The notes beneath the pieces are model-generated. The model was not told where the DNA came from, did not search any database, and saw only the letters and a list, made by a program, of their open reading frames with translations. From a virus (Duplodnaviria; Caudoviricetes): a stretch of 49,151 bases of DNA. The translations under genes and the position numbers were made by a program. Where the stretch lies: the IMG/VR virus record IMGVR_UViG_3300037440_000532, positions 1 through 49,151 of that record, one strand, 5' to 3'. Below are positions 9,848-17,903 of the stretch, one piece after another (position 1 is the stretch's first letter; every line of letters starts with the position of its first letter).

Positions 9848-10101
9848 TCGACGTCCACGACCTCAAAGACCTGGAACACCAGCCCGGCCTTGGAAACATC
9901 GGGCAGGGTCTCCTTGGTGAAGGGTCCCTCGATCTTCTCCGCCCAGGCGTCAAAGCGCTCGGCGCGGACCTTGATCAGGACCTCGTCGTCCTCGGTCCTG
10001 AGCCGCTCGGCCATGTGCGCGTTCAGGGCCTTGTTGTCGGGCACGTTGAAGGTGACGGTTATCTTTTTGGTCATTACTTTTGCGGTGACTGCGATCTGCA
10101 T
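9838..10101 (-). CDS. Tail assembly chaperone (gpG-like)
   Basis: Directly after the major tail gene. Ends VEKN at the slippery site. Confidence 0.8.
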   Translation of the reverse strand: MQIAVTAKVMTKKITVTFNVPDNKALNAHMAERLRTEDDEVLIKVRAERFDAWAEKIEGPFTKETLPDVSKAGLVFQVFEVVDVEKN

Positions 10102-10128
10102 ACATTTTCCTTTCGTTCTTTAGTGGTT

Positions 10129-11175
10129 CTACGCCAGCAGCGCCGCTGCTGCGATGTAGGTGAAGGTCTCGACCACGGGGTTCGTGGCATCGTCCAGGAT
10201 CTTAAAGTCGAGCGAGCTGCCGAGCCTGCCGGTCTCGCCGCCGTCGGGGATAGGGGCGGACTTTATCCGGCACCGGGGGATCCGGGTCCTGCAGCCGAAC
10301 TTGAAAGCGCCCTGGGGGTCGACCAGGCTGCCGCTGTCCAGGTCTACCTCTACGGCGCAGTTGTCCTGGGCGGTGTAGTAGCCGATCTCGGTGGCGTCGC
10401 TGTAGTCCATCTCGATCTTGAACGAGGCGTCCCGGCGGTCGATGTCCACGCCCAGGTTGTCGAGCTGGAACTCGGTCTTGTTGTCCACGGAGAACTCGTA
10501 GGACCGGAACCGGGTGGAGAGGGCGTCGGGGGTGGCGCTGGAGATGCTCTCCGCTCCCTGCGTGGGCGCGGCGTCCAGGGATATATTCGCCCCGGTCTCG
10601 AGCCAGCAGCGGAGGTTCCGGGCCTTGAGCCAGGCTTCGTCTACCCAGGCCGGGAAGCTGTCGGCGTTGGCCACGCGGGTGCCGTTGCCCACGAGCACCA
10701 GCTCGGTGGTGAGGTAGCCGCCCTTGGCCGCGTTTTCTTTGTAGCTCTGGGCCACGAGCCCCTTGTAGAGCAGCTGGTTGCCGCCCAGGACGACGATGCC
10801 GTTGATGCTGGGCAGGCTTGCGCTGTTGGCCATCAGTACGCCCTTGTGGCGATAGGCGGTCTCTGCGCCGTCCTGCGCCGGGGTGTTGGATCCCAGGGTC
10901 AGGGCTCGGGCGCCGGCCACGAAGGAGGAATGGGAGCGCTCCTCGGTAATGGTGATGCGGACCTGCGCCTGGAGTATCTCCTGGGAGGTGCCGAACTCTG
11001 TGCCGGTGACCATGTCAGAGTCGTCGGCCACGTCGTCGGGCCACTCGACCTTGATCTTGGCGCCCTTGAGAGTCAGAAAGTTTGTTCCATTGACCGTGAC
11101 TGCGGCCCCGTAGCTTGCCTCCTTGGTAAAAAAGGAAAACATGCCTTTTGTTGCGTATCCGAATTTTACTCCCAT
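10129..11175 (-). CDS. Major tail (tube) protein
   Basis: 348 aa, N-terminal KEASYG motif, between tail terminator and chaperone. Confidence 0.8.
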   Translation of the reverse strand: MGVKFGYATKGMFSFFTKEASYGAAVTVNGTNFLTLKGAKIKVEWPDDVADDSDMVTGTEFGTSQEILQAQVRITITEERSHSSFVAGARALTLGSNTPAQDGAETAYRHKGVLMANSASLPSINGIVVLGGNQLLYKGLVAQSYKENAAKGGYLTTELVLVGNGTRVANADSFPAWVDEAWLKARNLRCWLETGANISLDAAPTQGAESISSATPDALSTRFRSYEFSVDNKTEFQLDNLGVDIDRRDASFKIEMDYSDATEIGYYTAQDNCAVEVDLDSGSLVDPQGAFKFGCRTRIPRCRIKSAPIPDGGETGRLGSSLDFKILDDATNPVVETFTYIAAAALLA

Positions 11176-11193
11176 GGTAGGTCCCTCCTGAGA

Positions 11194-11703
11194 TTACTGG
11201 TATGCGTTCATGTTTTCGGTGGTGTATTCGATCGTGAAGCGGACGCGGGTGCCGGCATAGATATTCTCGCCGACGGCAACGGCCGCCTTCTCCGCAGTGA
11301 CGATGCCGGTTTCCTCCGCGAGGCCGTCCCAGGTCCGGTCCGTGCCGATCGCGGTGACGACATCTGCCTTTGCGTTCTCGACATTTGCCATAGTGTCGTT
11401 CCCGGACAGGGCGCAGAGGCATTCGATATCCATACGGTGTATCTCACGGCCGATCACCTGTTCAGGGGTGTCCGAATAGGTGATGTCCATGCCCTCGATC
11501 TCGTCATCGGTGAACGGGGTGTCCTTCTGGACGAATATGTTTGACCCCATGTCGGTCTTGTACCCGTTCGCGATCAGGACGGTTTGCATCCTGGCCTTGA
11601 ATTCGTCCAGTATCTGCTTGGACTTGGGGTCTGTGGCCACGGTGGGGACTATTCCGGTCCAGGGGCCGAGGATGCCCCGTGATATTCTTCCGAGTACGGT
11701 CAT
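11194..11703 (-). CDS. Tail terminator (gpU-like)
   Basis: IANGYKTDMG, ADVVTAIGTDRTWDGLA and FTIEY motifs. Acidic, expected position. Confidence 0.7.
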   Translation of the reverse strand: MTVLGRISRGILGPWTGIVPTVATDPKSKQILDEFKARMQTVLIANGYKTDMGSNIFVQKDTPFTDDEIEGMDITYSDTPEQVIGREIHRMDIECLCALSGNDTMANVENAKADVVTAIGTDRTWDGLAEETGIVTAEKAAVAVGENIYAGTRVRFTIEYTTENMNAYQ

Positions 11704-12254
11704 TGTTTGATCACCTTCATGAGCGTCGGCAGCTTGTTGACGTGCGTTGCCGTGACGTTGTACTTGGCCACGAGGCCGGTGACGCCGTCGTGCGTGGTTG
11801 CGTTGGCTGCGCTGTCGTAGCAGGTGATGACCGACGATACGGGCATGCCGTTGGTGTCGAACACGAAGGTATCCTCAACGGCGTTCTCGAGGGAGAGGCC
11901 CAAGAGGCGGTCTGCCTTTACCCCGACTGCCGCCATGCTGGCGTCCACCGGGAACTCTGCGATCTGTATGGTGGTGCCGAGCGCCTCTGCGGTGTTGGCG
12001 CTTTTGTACCTGCCGTAGATGACGGTGCGGTCTGCCTGGTCTGTCTCCGCCTGGGTGAGCTCGACGTAGTACCGGCCGTTGCCGATTGCCACGAGGACTC
12101 CTGCGGTATTTCCCCAGGCCGCGCCGGCCAGGGAGATCTGCGGCTGGCCGCCTGCCTCGCCGGTCTCGGGGGTGATGCCGTCGGTGGCATCGACGCAGTG
12201 AAATTCCATGCGCCGGAGCGCTGCGGTGGCTTCGTTCTTTTTTACCTGGATCAT
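11700..12254 (-). CDS. Putative virion structural protein
   Basis: 184 aa beta-rich (GNGRYYVELT), coupled to both neighbours. Confidence 0.6.
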   Translation of the reverse strand: MIQVKKNEATAALRRMEFHCVDATDGITPETGEAGGQPQISLAGAAWGNTAGVLVAIGNGRYYVELTQAETDQADRTVIYGRYKSANTAEALGTTIQIAEFPVDASMAAVGVKADRLLGLSLENAVEDTFVFDTNGMPVSSVITCYDSAANATTHDGVTGLVAKYNVTATHVNKLPTLMKVIKQ

Positions 12255-13942
12255 GAGTTTCTCCTCTGCGCCTGCTGGTAGTAGTAGCCCGCTGATGCTG
12301 CGAAGACGTAACCTATCAGCGCAGCCAGTGACATATCCCACCACGCGACCGAGAGCGAGGGGATGTCATATTGCTCGTTCCAGATGTCCTCGTAAAAGAT
12401 AAACGTCTTCCCGTCGAGCTCGACGATGGAGGGGTCGGCGAGCTGTGAGTTTGCGCCATACGCTTTTGTCGGGTCTGCATTCCAGTAGCCGGTGAGGTGC
12501 AGAACCCAGTCTTCCTTGATCCACGGCCCTGTGACGTCAGGCGCGGCATAGAGCGTGATCTCTGTCGGGGTGACTGCTCCGGCGGTGTTGCTGTCGTGGC
12601 CGAAAATGATACGTTCGCCGCCGATCGTGCTTGACTGCAGCTCGCCGCAGGAGGTGCCGTGGCCGTCGTAGGACGGGATGACCGGGTTGCCTGCATAAGG
12701 GGCCAGGGACGTGAGCGCTGCACCCGTGTAGAGGTTAGCGTTCCACGACGGGCCCATCTCCGCCAAAACTTTGTATTCCGATCCGTCGTGCTCGAAGGTG
12801 TTGTTGCCCACCTCCGCGGTGATAACCGGGTTTACGATGACGCCTGTCTGCACCAAAGACCAGCTCCCCGGCGCGCCTGTGGGCGAGGTGTAGTAATCGA
12901 TGCGGTTGCCCGTGCCGCCTGTGATATAGGCCGCATACCAGGTGAGCATGTGATAGGTGCCGCCGATCTTCCGGACACAGCTCCTGCCGTGCTGCGTGAC
13001 ACAGAGCCCCTGGTTTGCCCAGGGGATGGCCGAGCCCGCAGAGGCAGCGGTAAGAAAATCGGCCACCGGCACGTCCATGTAATAGACGTCGTGGCTCGCA
13101 AAGGGATAGGACTGCGTTCCGTAGAGCGCGCCGCCGATGGCCCGGTCCGGGTCGTTGTAGGAGAGCTTGGAGTACCAGTTCCGGAGCGTGCTGACCCCGC
13201 CAACATCCTCGACGATGACGTTCTGCTCCAGGCCTGTTTCCCTGGCGAAGATGCCGTTCGTGGTGGCGGATTTGTACCGCGTGGGCACGGGGAAGGGTCC
13301 GAACCGCTCGATCCTGACTATGGTGTTTGTGCCGTCCCATGACCCGGCGGAAAAGGGATCTCCCACGCAGAGCCAGTAGGGATTGCCGTTGTCGTTTAGA
13401 GATGCCCATGTCTGCCAGCCGGTGTCGGACAGGATGGTCGCTTCATTTGATGCGAGCGTGATGACCGCCTTCCATTTGGCAAGGGTCGTATACAGGATGG
13501 TTCTGTAAACGGTGTCGGTTTCAATCGCAGAAGCATAGTTTGCCGCGACTATGTTGACCCACGCACCGGATGCGTTGTAATAGGACGTTGCTAACTTGCC
13601 GGTACCCGATGCAGGATTATAGGCGGCAATAATGCGGGAGTAGGTGTCACCGTCGCCTGCCGCCGGAGTCGTGGCTTTCTGCATGAGATGGATATACCGA
13701 AACGTCTTTGACCCGTCTGCGACGTTGGGCATTGACCAGTCTATTTTGCAGATGCCGTCGGCTTTTGCGACTGCAGCGGAGAAGCCCATGATGGCGCTCT
13801 TGTTTACGTTGCCCGAGCAATTGAGCACGACGCCCGCCGCACCCTCGTCCGCGGTTGCGCCATTGGCGACTGACCGGAACAGGTGGGTGGTGTCGAAGCT
13901 TGAATCGTCGAGGGTGTCTGTGAAAACAAGAGCCTTTGACAT
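12251..13942 (-). CDS. Putative carbohydrate-binding / glycosidase-like beta-propeller protein
   Basis: 563 aa. C-terminal motifs YAGNPVI, APDVTGPW and ADPSIVELDGKTFIFYE resemble five-bladed GH32/43-like propellers. Confidence 0.55.
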   Translation of the reverse strand: MSKALVFTDTLDDSSFDTTHLFRSVANGATADEGAAGVVLNCSGNVNKSAIMGFSAAVAKADGICKIDWSMPNVADGSKTFRYIHLMQKATTPAAGDGDTYSRIIAAYNPASGTGKLATSYYNASGAWVNIVAANYASAIETDTVYRTILYTTLAKWKAVITLASNEATILSDTGWQTWASLNDNGNPYWLCVGDPFSAGSWDGTNTIVRIERFGPFPVPTRYKSATTNGIFARETGLEQNVIVEDVGGVSTLRNWYSKLSYNDPDRAIGGALYGTQSYPFASHDVYYMDVPVADFLTAASAGSAIPWANQGLCVTQHGRSCVRKIGGTYHMLTWYAAYITGGTGNRIDYYTSPTGAPGSWSLVQTGVIVNPVITAEVGNNTFEHDGSEYKVLAEMGPSWNANLYTGAALTSLAPYAGNPVIPSYDGHGTSCGELQSSTIGGERIIFGHDSNTAGAVTPTEITLYAAPDVTGPWIKEDWVLHLTGYWNADPTKAYGANSQLADPSIVELDGKTFIFYEDIWNEQYDIPSLSVAWWDMSLAALIGYVFAASAGYYYQQAQRRNS

Positions 13943-14470
13943 TTACGCTGTCCCCTTGTTTTTCTCGATCGTTCTGAACCAGGAGCTGCCGAGCAGCGTT
14001 CCGACCAGGCCGAAGATGTCGCTGATGCCGACCTCGGGCATGGGAGGCAGGACCACCCAGGGCATGGCGGCGGTCGGTATAAAGGCCTGCATTGCCTGGA
14101 TGCTCTGGATGACCCATATGGACATGCCGGTTATGATGCGGGTGGGGTAGTACAACCCCATGGCCATGACGCAGACCCAGCCGATGGCGGGGCGCCAGCC
14201 GGAATTGAACCACGAGCCGCTCTGGGCGTCCGCCAGGTTTAGGCTGCCCATGATGGTCTGGAGCTGTTCGGCGAGCTTTGATTCGCTCTCGGCCAGGATC
14301 TTTTCTACCTGCGCCTTGACAACGGGATCGACGCCGGTAATGGCTGTGCGGATGGAGGTGAACACCCCGCCCACGGAGCCGAGCGCGGTGCCGACGCCTT
14401 CGCCGGCGGCCTTGATGCCCTCGCCTGCTTCCTTTGCTCCGCTGCCTATGAGTTTGTTCCAGAATGCCAT
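13943..14470 (-). CDS. Holin (GTA 3TM holin family)
   Basis: SWFNSGWRPAIGWV signature, hydrophobic segments, C-terminal RTIEK. Confidence 0.85.
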   Translation of the reverse strand: MAFWNKLIGSGAKEAGEGIKAAGEGVGTALGSVGGVFTSIRTAITGVDPVVKAQVEKILAESESKLAEQLQTIMGSLNLADAQSGSWFNSGWRPAIGWVCVMAMGLYYPTRIITGMSIWVIQSIQAMQAFIPTAAMPWVVLPPMPEVGISDIFGLVGTLLGSSWFRTIEKNKGTA

Positions 14471-14500
14471 GGGGACCTCCGAAAACTTGCGAACCTTGTT

Positions 14501-14527
14501 CTCACACGAAGCCACGAAGACACGAAG
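14501..14527. repeat. 27-bp CACGAAG-based repeat, identical to 20041-20067
   Basis: CTCACACGAAGCCACGAAGACACGAAG. Confidence 0.85.
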
Positions 14528-14551
14528 AGAACCTAGTGCGGAAATTCAAAA

Positions 14552-14977
14552 TCAGCAGATCCTGATGTGGAGCGCGAAGGACTGCTTGTTGTCTACTGCT
14601 TTCATGAACTCGGCGAAGGCTTCCTTGCTGCGAAGGACGGCGAGCTTTTTTACCTGCCGGCCGGTGTCTTCGTCTTTTACCGTTATGTCGCCGAACTCTT
14701 TGCCGAGCAGGATGCAGCCCTCGGTGTCTTCCTCGGTGTTGCCCGAGTGGATCAGGATCGCCGTGCGGCCGGGGACGTCGAGGACCTGGTAGGTCTCGCC
14801 GTGCCTGGGCGTCGTGACCTTCTGGCAGAGATAGCTGGCGGCAGGGATGCAGGAGATGCCCCGGGCGTTGTCTTTCCATTCTTCTTCGAGGGTGAGCGCT
14901 ATGGGCCGGGTGCCGTTTATGAGCACGCCCAGCACGCCGTCGTCGGTGATGAGAAATCTTTTCAGAGTGAGTTCCAT
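14552..14977 (-). CDS. Putative endolysin (DUF5675, L,D-peptidase-like)
   Basis: TLE...SCIP..Y...VPGRTAILIHSGN...DTEGCILLG family motifs, next to the holin. Confidence 0.85.
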   Translation of the reverse strand: MELTLKRFLITDDGVLGVLINGTRPIALTLEEEWKDNARGISCIPAASYLCQKVTTPRHGETYQVLDVPGRTAILIHSGNTEEDTEGCILLGKEFGDITVKDEDTGRQVKKLAVLRSKEAFAEFMKAVDNKQSFALHIRIC

Positions 14978-15008
14978 ATCTAGGGCCTCCTTACAAGCTT
15001 CTGCACGA

Positions 15009-15257
15009 TCACTTCACCGAATTGACCACTTGGATAACGAGGCTGATAATGATACCTCCCAGGATGCCGTAAGCGAGCTTATGGATAGCATCGAGCTTGC
15101 CGTCCCGCGTTTTGTTGTCGCCTTTCATCTCTGTGACCTCTTTTTCGATGGTCTCATGGCGGAGCTTGCAGAACGTCCGGTTGACCATATCGACGAGCTC
15201 TTTGTCGAGCAGGTCCCGGCAGATGTCTTTTACTTTTTCTTCGGTGAGCTCTGCCAT
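15009..15257 (-). CDS. Small membrane protein (coiled coil plus C-terminal TM, lysis-cassette type)
   Basis: C-terminal hydrophobic helix, upstream of the endolysin. Confidence 0.6.
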   Translation of the reverse strand: MAELTEEKVKDICRDLLDKELVDMVNRTFCKLRHETIEKEVTEMKGDNKTRDGKLDAIHKLAYGILGGIIISLVIQVVNSVK

Positions 15258-15405
15258 GGATGGGCCGTCCTCGTCTTTCTGCGACCCTGCAATGTTCTGT
15301 GCACCCCTTGCCGCCCGATTTGTTTTGTGGTAGACTCGCTTTGCCCGATCGGGTGACGGACGGCATTTCCGGGAGGTCGCTCTCCTGGGGGTGCTGTCCG
15401 TTTTT

Positions 15406-15696
15406 TTATGGCTTCTTCAAGATCAGCGTGATCATGCCCGTGCCGTCTGGCTTTGCTTCCTGGACGGTGTAGGCAACGGCATTGATCGTGATGCTGCTCC
15501 CTTTTTTTGCCGCCGGAACAGACGCTGCCGCGCAGATGAATGCCGGCGCCGGGCTGCCTACATCCACGCTTTCCATGACCGTATACTCATTCAAAAAGGC
15601 ACCGTAGATGGTTGCCGCGCCGTAGGTTGCGGCATCGGAGAAACCGTCCGAACTGTTTACGAGCGCTGTCTTTTCATCTGCGGTCCAGGTGGGCAT
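15406..15696 (-). CDS. Head-tail joining protein
   Basis: ITINAVAYTVQEAKPDGTGMITLIL motif typical of lambdoid head-closure proteins. Confidence 0.75.
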   Translation of the reverse strand: MPTWTADEKTALVNSSDGFSDAATYGAATIYGAFLNEYTVMESVDVGSPAPAFICAAASVPAAKKGSSITINAVAYTVQEAKPDGTGMITLILKKP

Positions 15697-15712
15697 TGCT
15701 TACCTCTTGAAG

Positions 15713-15747
15713 CTCCCGGGGCTTTTTGCCCCGGGAGATGCTTTTTT
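15713..15747. terminator. GC-rich intergenic hairpin
   Basis: CTCCCGGGGC-TTTTT-GCCCCGGGAG followed by a T-run on the + strand. Confidence 0.45.
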
Positions 15748-15749
15748 AA

Positions 15750-16487
15750 TTACGACAGGTTCTGCCAGCACTTCACATAATCGACCTGGGCCGTCCCGAC
15801 CGTGGCCGCTGCGCCTTCCTTGCCGATCCTGGCAAAGGGCTGCAGCTGGAGCGCTGCCGTGGTCCCCATGTTGAACGTGGTGCTTGCCGCCACCTGCGCC
15901 CCGTCGATATAGAACCGGATGCCGGTATAGTCGTCGCAGGAGATACGGAGCACATGCCATTCGTTCACCGCGAAGGTGATGCCCGTGGCCACGAGGCTGG
16001 TCTCGTTGGCGCTGTTGTCGTCGGTCTCGACCGTGATGACGCCCGAGCCGTCCGCGCGGAACAGGATCGATTCGACGAGGCTGTCCACGGACACGTTGGT
16101 GTCGCTGCAGAGGCCGCAGGCGAAGATGACCGCACCCGTGGGGACTACGGTGAAGCGCACGCGGGCCTCGAAGTTGAGGCCCCGGTTCAGCGTGAAAGGC
16201 CGCTCGTCGCCCATGTAAAGGCCGGAGAGCTGGACCTCATTCTGCGCGTCCAGCATGATGCCGAGCACGCCTCCCGGCTGGTCCGCCGTGAGTACCGGGG
16301 TGGTCGAGCCCAGGGCGGAGGTATCGAGCAGCGTCCAGGTGTTCGTGACATCGACGATCTTTCCGACGAAGTGATCCTCCCAGTACACGCCCGCCACCTC
16401 GCGCACGGTTGCGTGGTTGTTCTGCGGATCCTTGAATGCCAGCCGGTTCGCCTGTCCGGCCCACTGTCCTTCAATTTTCGTTGTCAT
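15750..16487 (-). CDS. Putative head decoration/spike protein, ConA-like fold (paralog 2)
   Basis: Beta-rich, EWHVLRI...RFYIDG...QVDYVKCWQ. Clear paralog of 16502-17236. Confidence 0.65.
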   Translation of the reverse strand: MTTKIEGQWAGQANRLAFKDPQNNHATVREVAGVYWEDHFVGKIVDVTNTWTLLDTSALGSTTPVLTADQPGGVLGIMLDAQNEVQLSGLYMGDERPFTLNRGLNFEARVRFTVVPTGAVIFACGLCSDTNVSVDSLVESILFRADGSGVITVETDDNSANETSLVATGITFAVNEWHVLRISCDDYTGIRFYIDGAQVAASTTFNMGTTAALQLQPFARIGKEGAAATVGTAQVDYVKCWQNLS

Positions 16488-16501
16488 GTTTTAGGGCCTC
16501 C

Positions 16502-17236
16502 TTATGACAGGTTCTGCCAGACGGTGACGTAATCGACCTCCATGACGCCGAGGTTCGTGCCCGCTGCGGCCTTGCCCATGCGGAGGTAGGGCTGAAGCTG
16601 GAGCGTGGGGACCTGCGCCATGGTGAAGGTGGTGCTTGCCGCGGTGCTGCCGACCAGGTTTCCGTCGACGTAAAACTTGATGTCCGTGTAATCTGAGCAG
16701 TCGATCCGGAAAACATGCCACTCGTTCACGATGTGGGTGATGCCCGTGGCTACCTTGCTGGTCTCGTTCACGGTGTCGTCGGTCTCGACCGTGACCGCGC
16801 CGGAGCCGTCGTACCGGAACCAGATGGACTCCGCGACCGTATCGAGCGTGGCATGGTGGTCTCCTGCCAGGCCGATGGTGGCGATGCCCGCGTCCGCCGG
16901 CAGCGTGGTGAACCTGCAGCGCGCCTCGAACACGAGCCCGCGGTTCAGGGTAAAGCATCGCTCGTCGCCCATGCCCATGGCCGCGATCTGTACTTCCACG
17001 GCGTTCGTGAGCGCAAGCTCCACGACCCCGCCGGGCTGGTCTGCCTTGAGCGTCTCCGTTCCGCCCAGCGCGTCGATCAGGGTCCAGGTGTTCGTGACGT
17101 CGATGGCCTTGCCGATGAAATGATCATGGAAGACCACACCCGAAACAGGCAGGACCGAAGCATGTCCGTTGTACTTGTCGTAGAAGCGGAGCCGGTTGCC
17201 CTCTCCCTGATACTTGCCTTCAATCTTGGTTGTCAT
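16502..17236 (-). CDS. Putative head decoration/spike protein, ConA-like fold (paralog 1)
   Basis: Same MTTKIEG start and WQNLS end as 15750-16487. Confidence 0.65.
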   Translation of the reverse strand: MTTKIEGKYQGEGNRLRFYDKYNGHASVLPVSGVVFHDHFIGKAIDVTNTWTLIDALGGTETLKADQPGGVVELALTNAVEVQIAAMGMGDERCFTLNRGLVFEARCRFTTLPADAGIATIGLAGDHHATLDTVAESIWFRYDGSGAVTVETDDTVNETSKVATGITHIVNEWHVFRIDCSDYTDIKFYVDGNLVGSTAASTTFTMAQVPTLQLQPYLRMGKAAAGTNLGVMEVDYVTVWQNLS

Positions 17237-17312
17237 GGATATACCCTCCTGATTTTAAGGGAGCGGCCCGGCATGACCCGGACCGCCCGGGTTAATGGTT
17301 AACTGCGATGGC

Positions 17313-17801
17313 TTAAAGTGCCGTTGCCGATACGTTTCCTGTGTAGCGCGGCTGGAGCACGGCGATGATCGTGACGTTTCCGGTCTGGCCGCCGCCGCCC
17401 ACGTCGTCGGAGATCCGGAGCGTGAGCCAGTTGTGGCTGTTTGCCGTGTCCATGTCCGCGGCATCGACCTCGATAATCTGCAGGAAGTTGTCTTCCGTGG
17501 CGTTTGCGATCGTGAGCGCCGCCGAGGAGGCGTCCGCCGCGAGCACGTCGCAGCTTGCGGAACCCTGCGCCGCACCGCCCTTGGCATGGTGGAAGGTGAG
17601 CGCCGTGGTGGCGGCCCCGTCTGTTGCGCCGGAATATACCCGCAGCGTGCTGTCGGCCACGCCGATGGCGTGCCACTGGATCAGGAACGTGGCGCGGCTG
17701 AAGTTCTTCATGTTGATGCTGTCGGTGTCGAGGGTGGCACCGGCATTCAGGTCTCCGTAGCGGAGGACCGGGACTATCTTTATCCGTTCTGCAAGGTTCA
17801 T
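17313..17801 (-). CDS. Putative capsid decoration/cement protein
   Basis: Directly after the major capsid gene, with SD AAGGAGG. DSINMKNFSRATF...PRY jelly-roll-like pattern. Confidence 0.6.
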   Translation of the reverse strand: MNLAERIKIVPVLRYGDLNAGATLDTDSINMKNFSRATFLIQWHAIGVADSTLRVYSGATDGAATTALTFHHAKGGAAQGSASCDVLAADASSAALTIANATEDNFLQIIEVDAADMDTANSHNWLTLRISDDVGGGGQTGNVTIIAVLQPRYTGNVSATAL

Positions 17802-17903
17802 TGTTAAAACCTCCTTAAATAAGATTGCACGGTGCATGGGGCATAGCGCATGAGGTCTACCCCCTCTGCGCTATGCCCATGCCCTATGCGGTTTTGGTTT
17901 TCA

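Noticed and set aside
9742-11544. 600-aa + strand ORF and many other long antisense ORFs (e.g. 20747-22219)
   Set aside because: Shadow frames of GC-rich minus-strand genes with no recognisable motifs.
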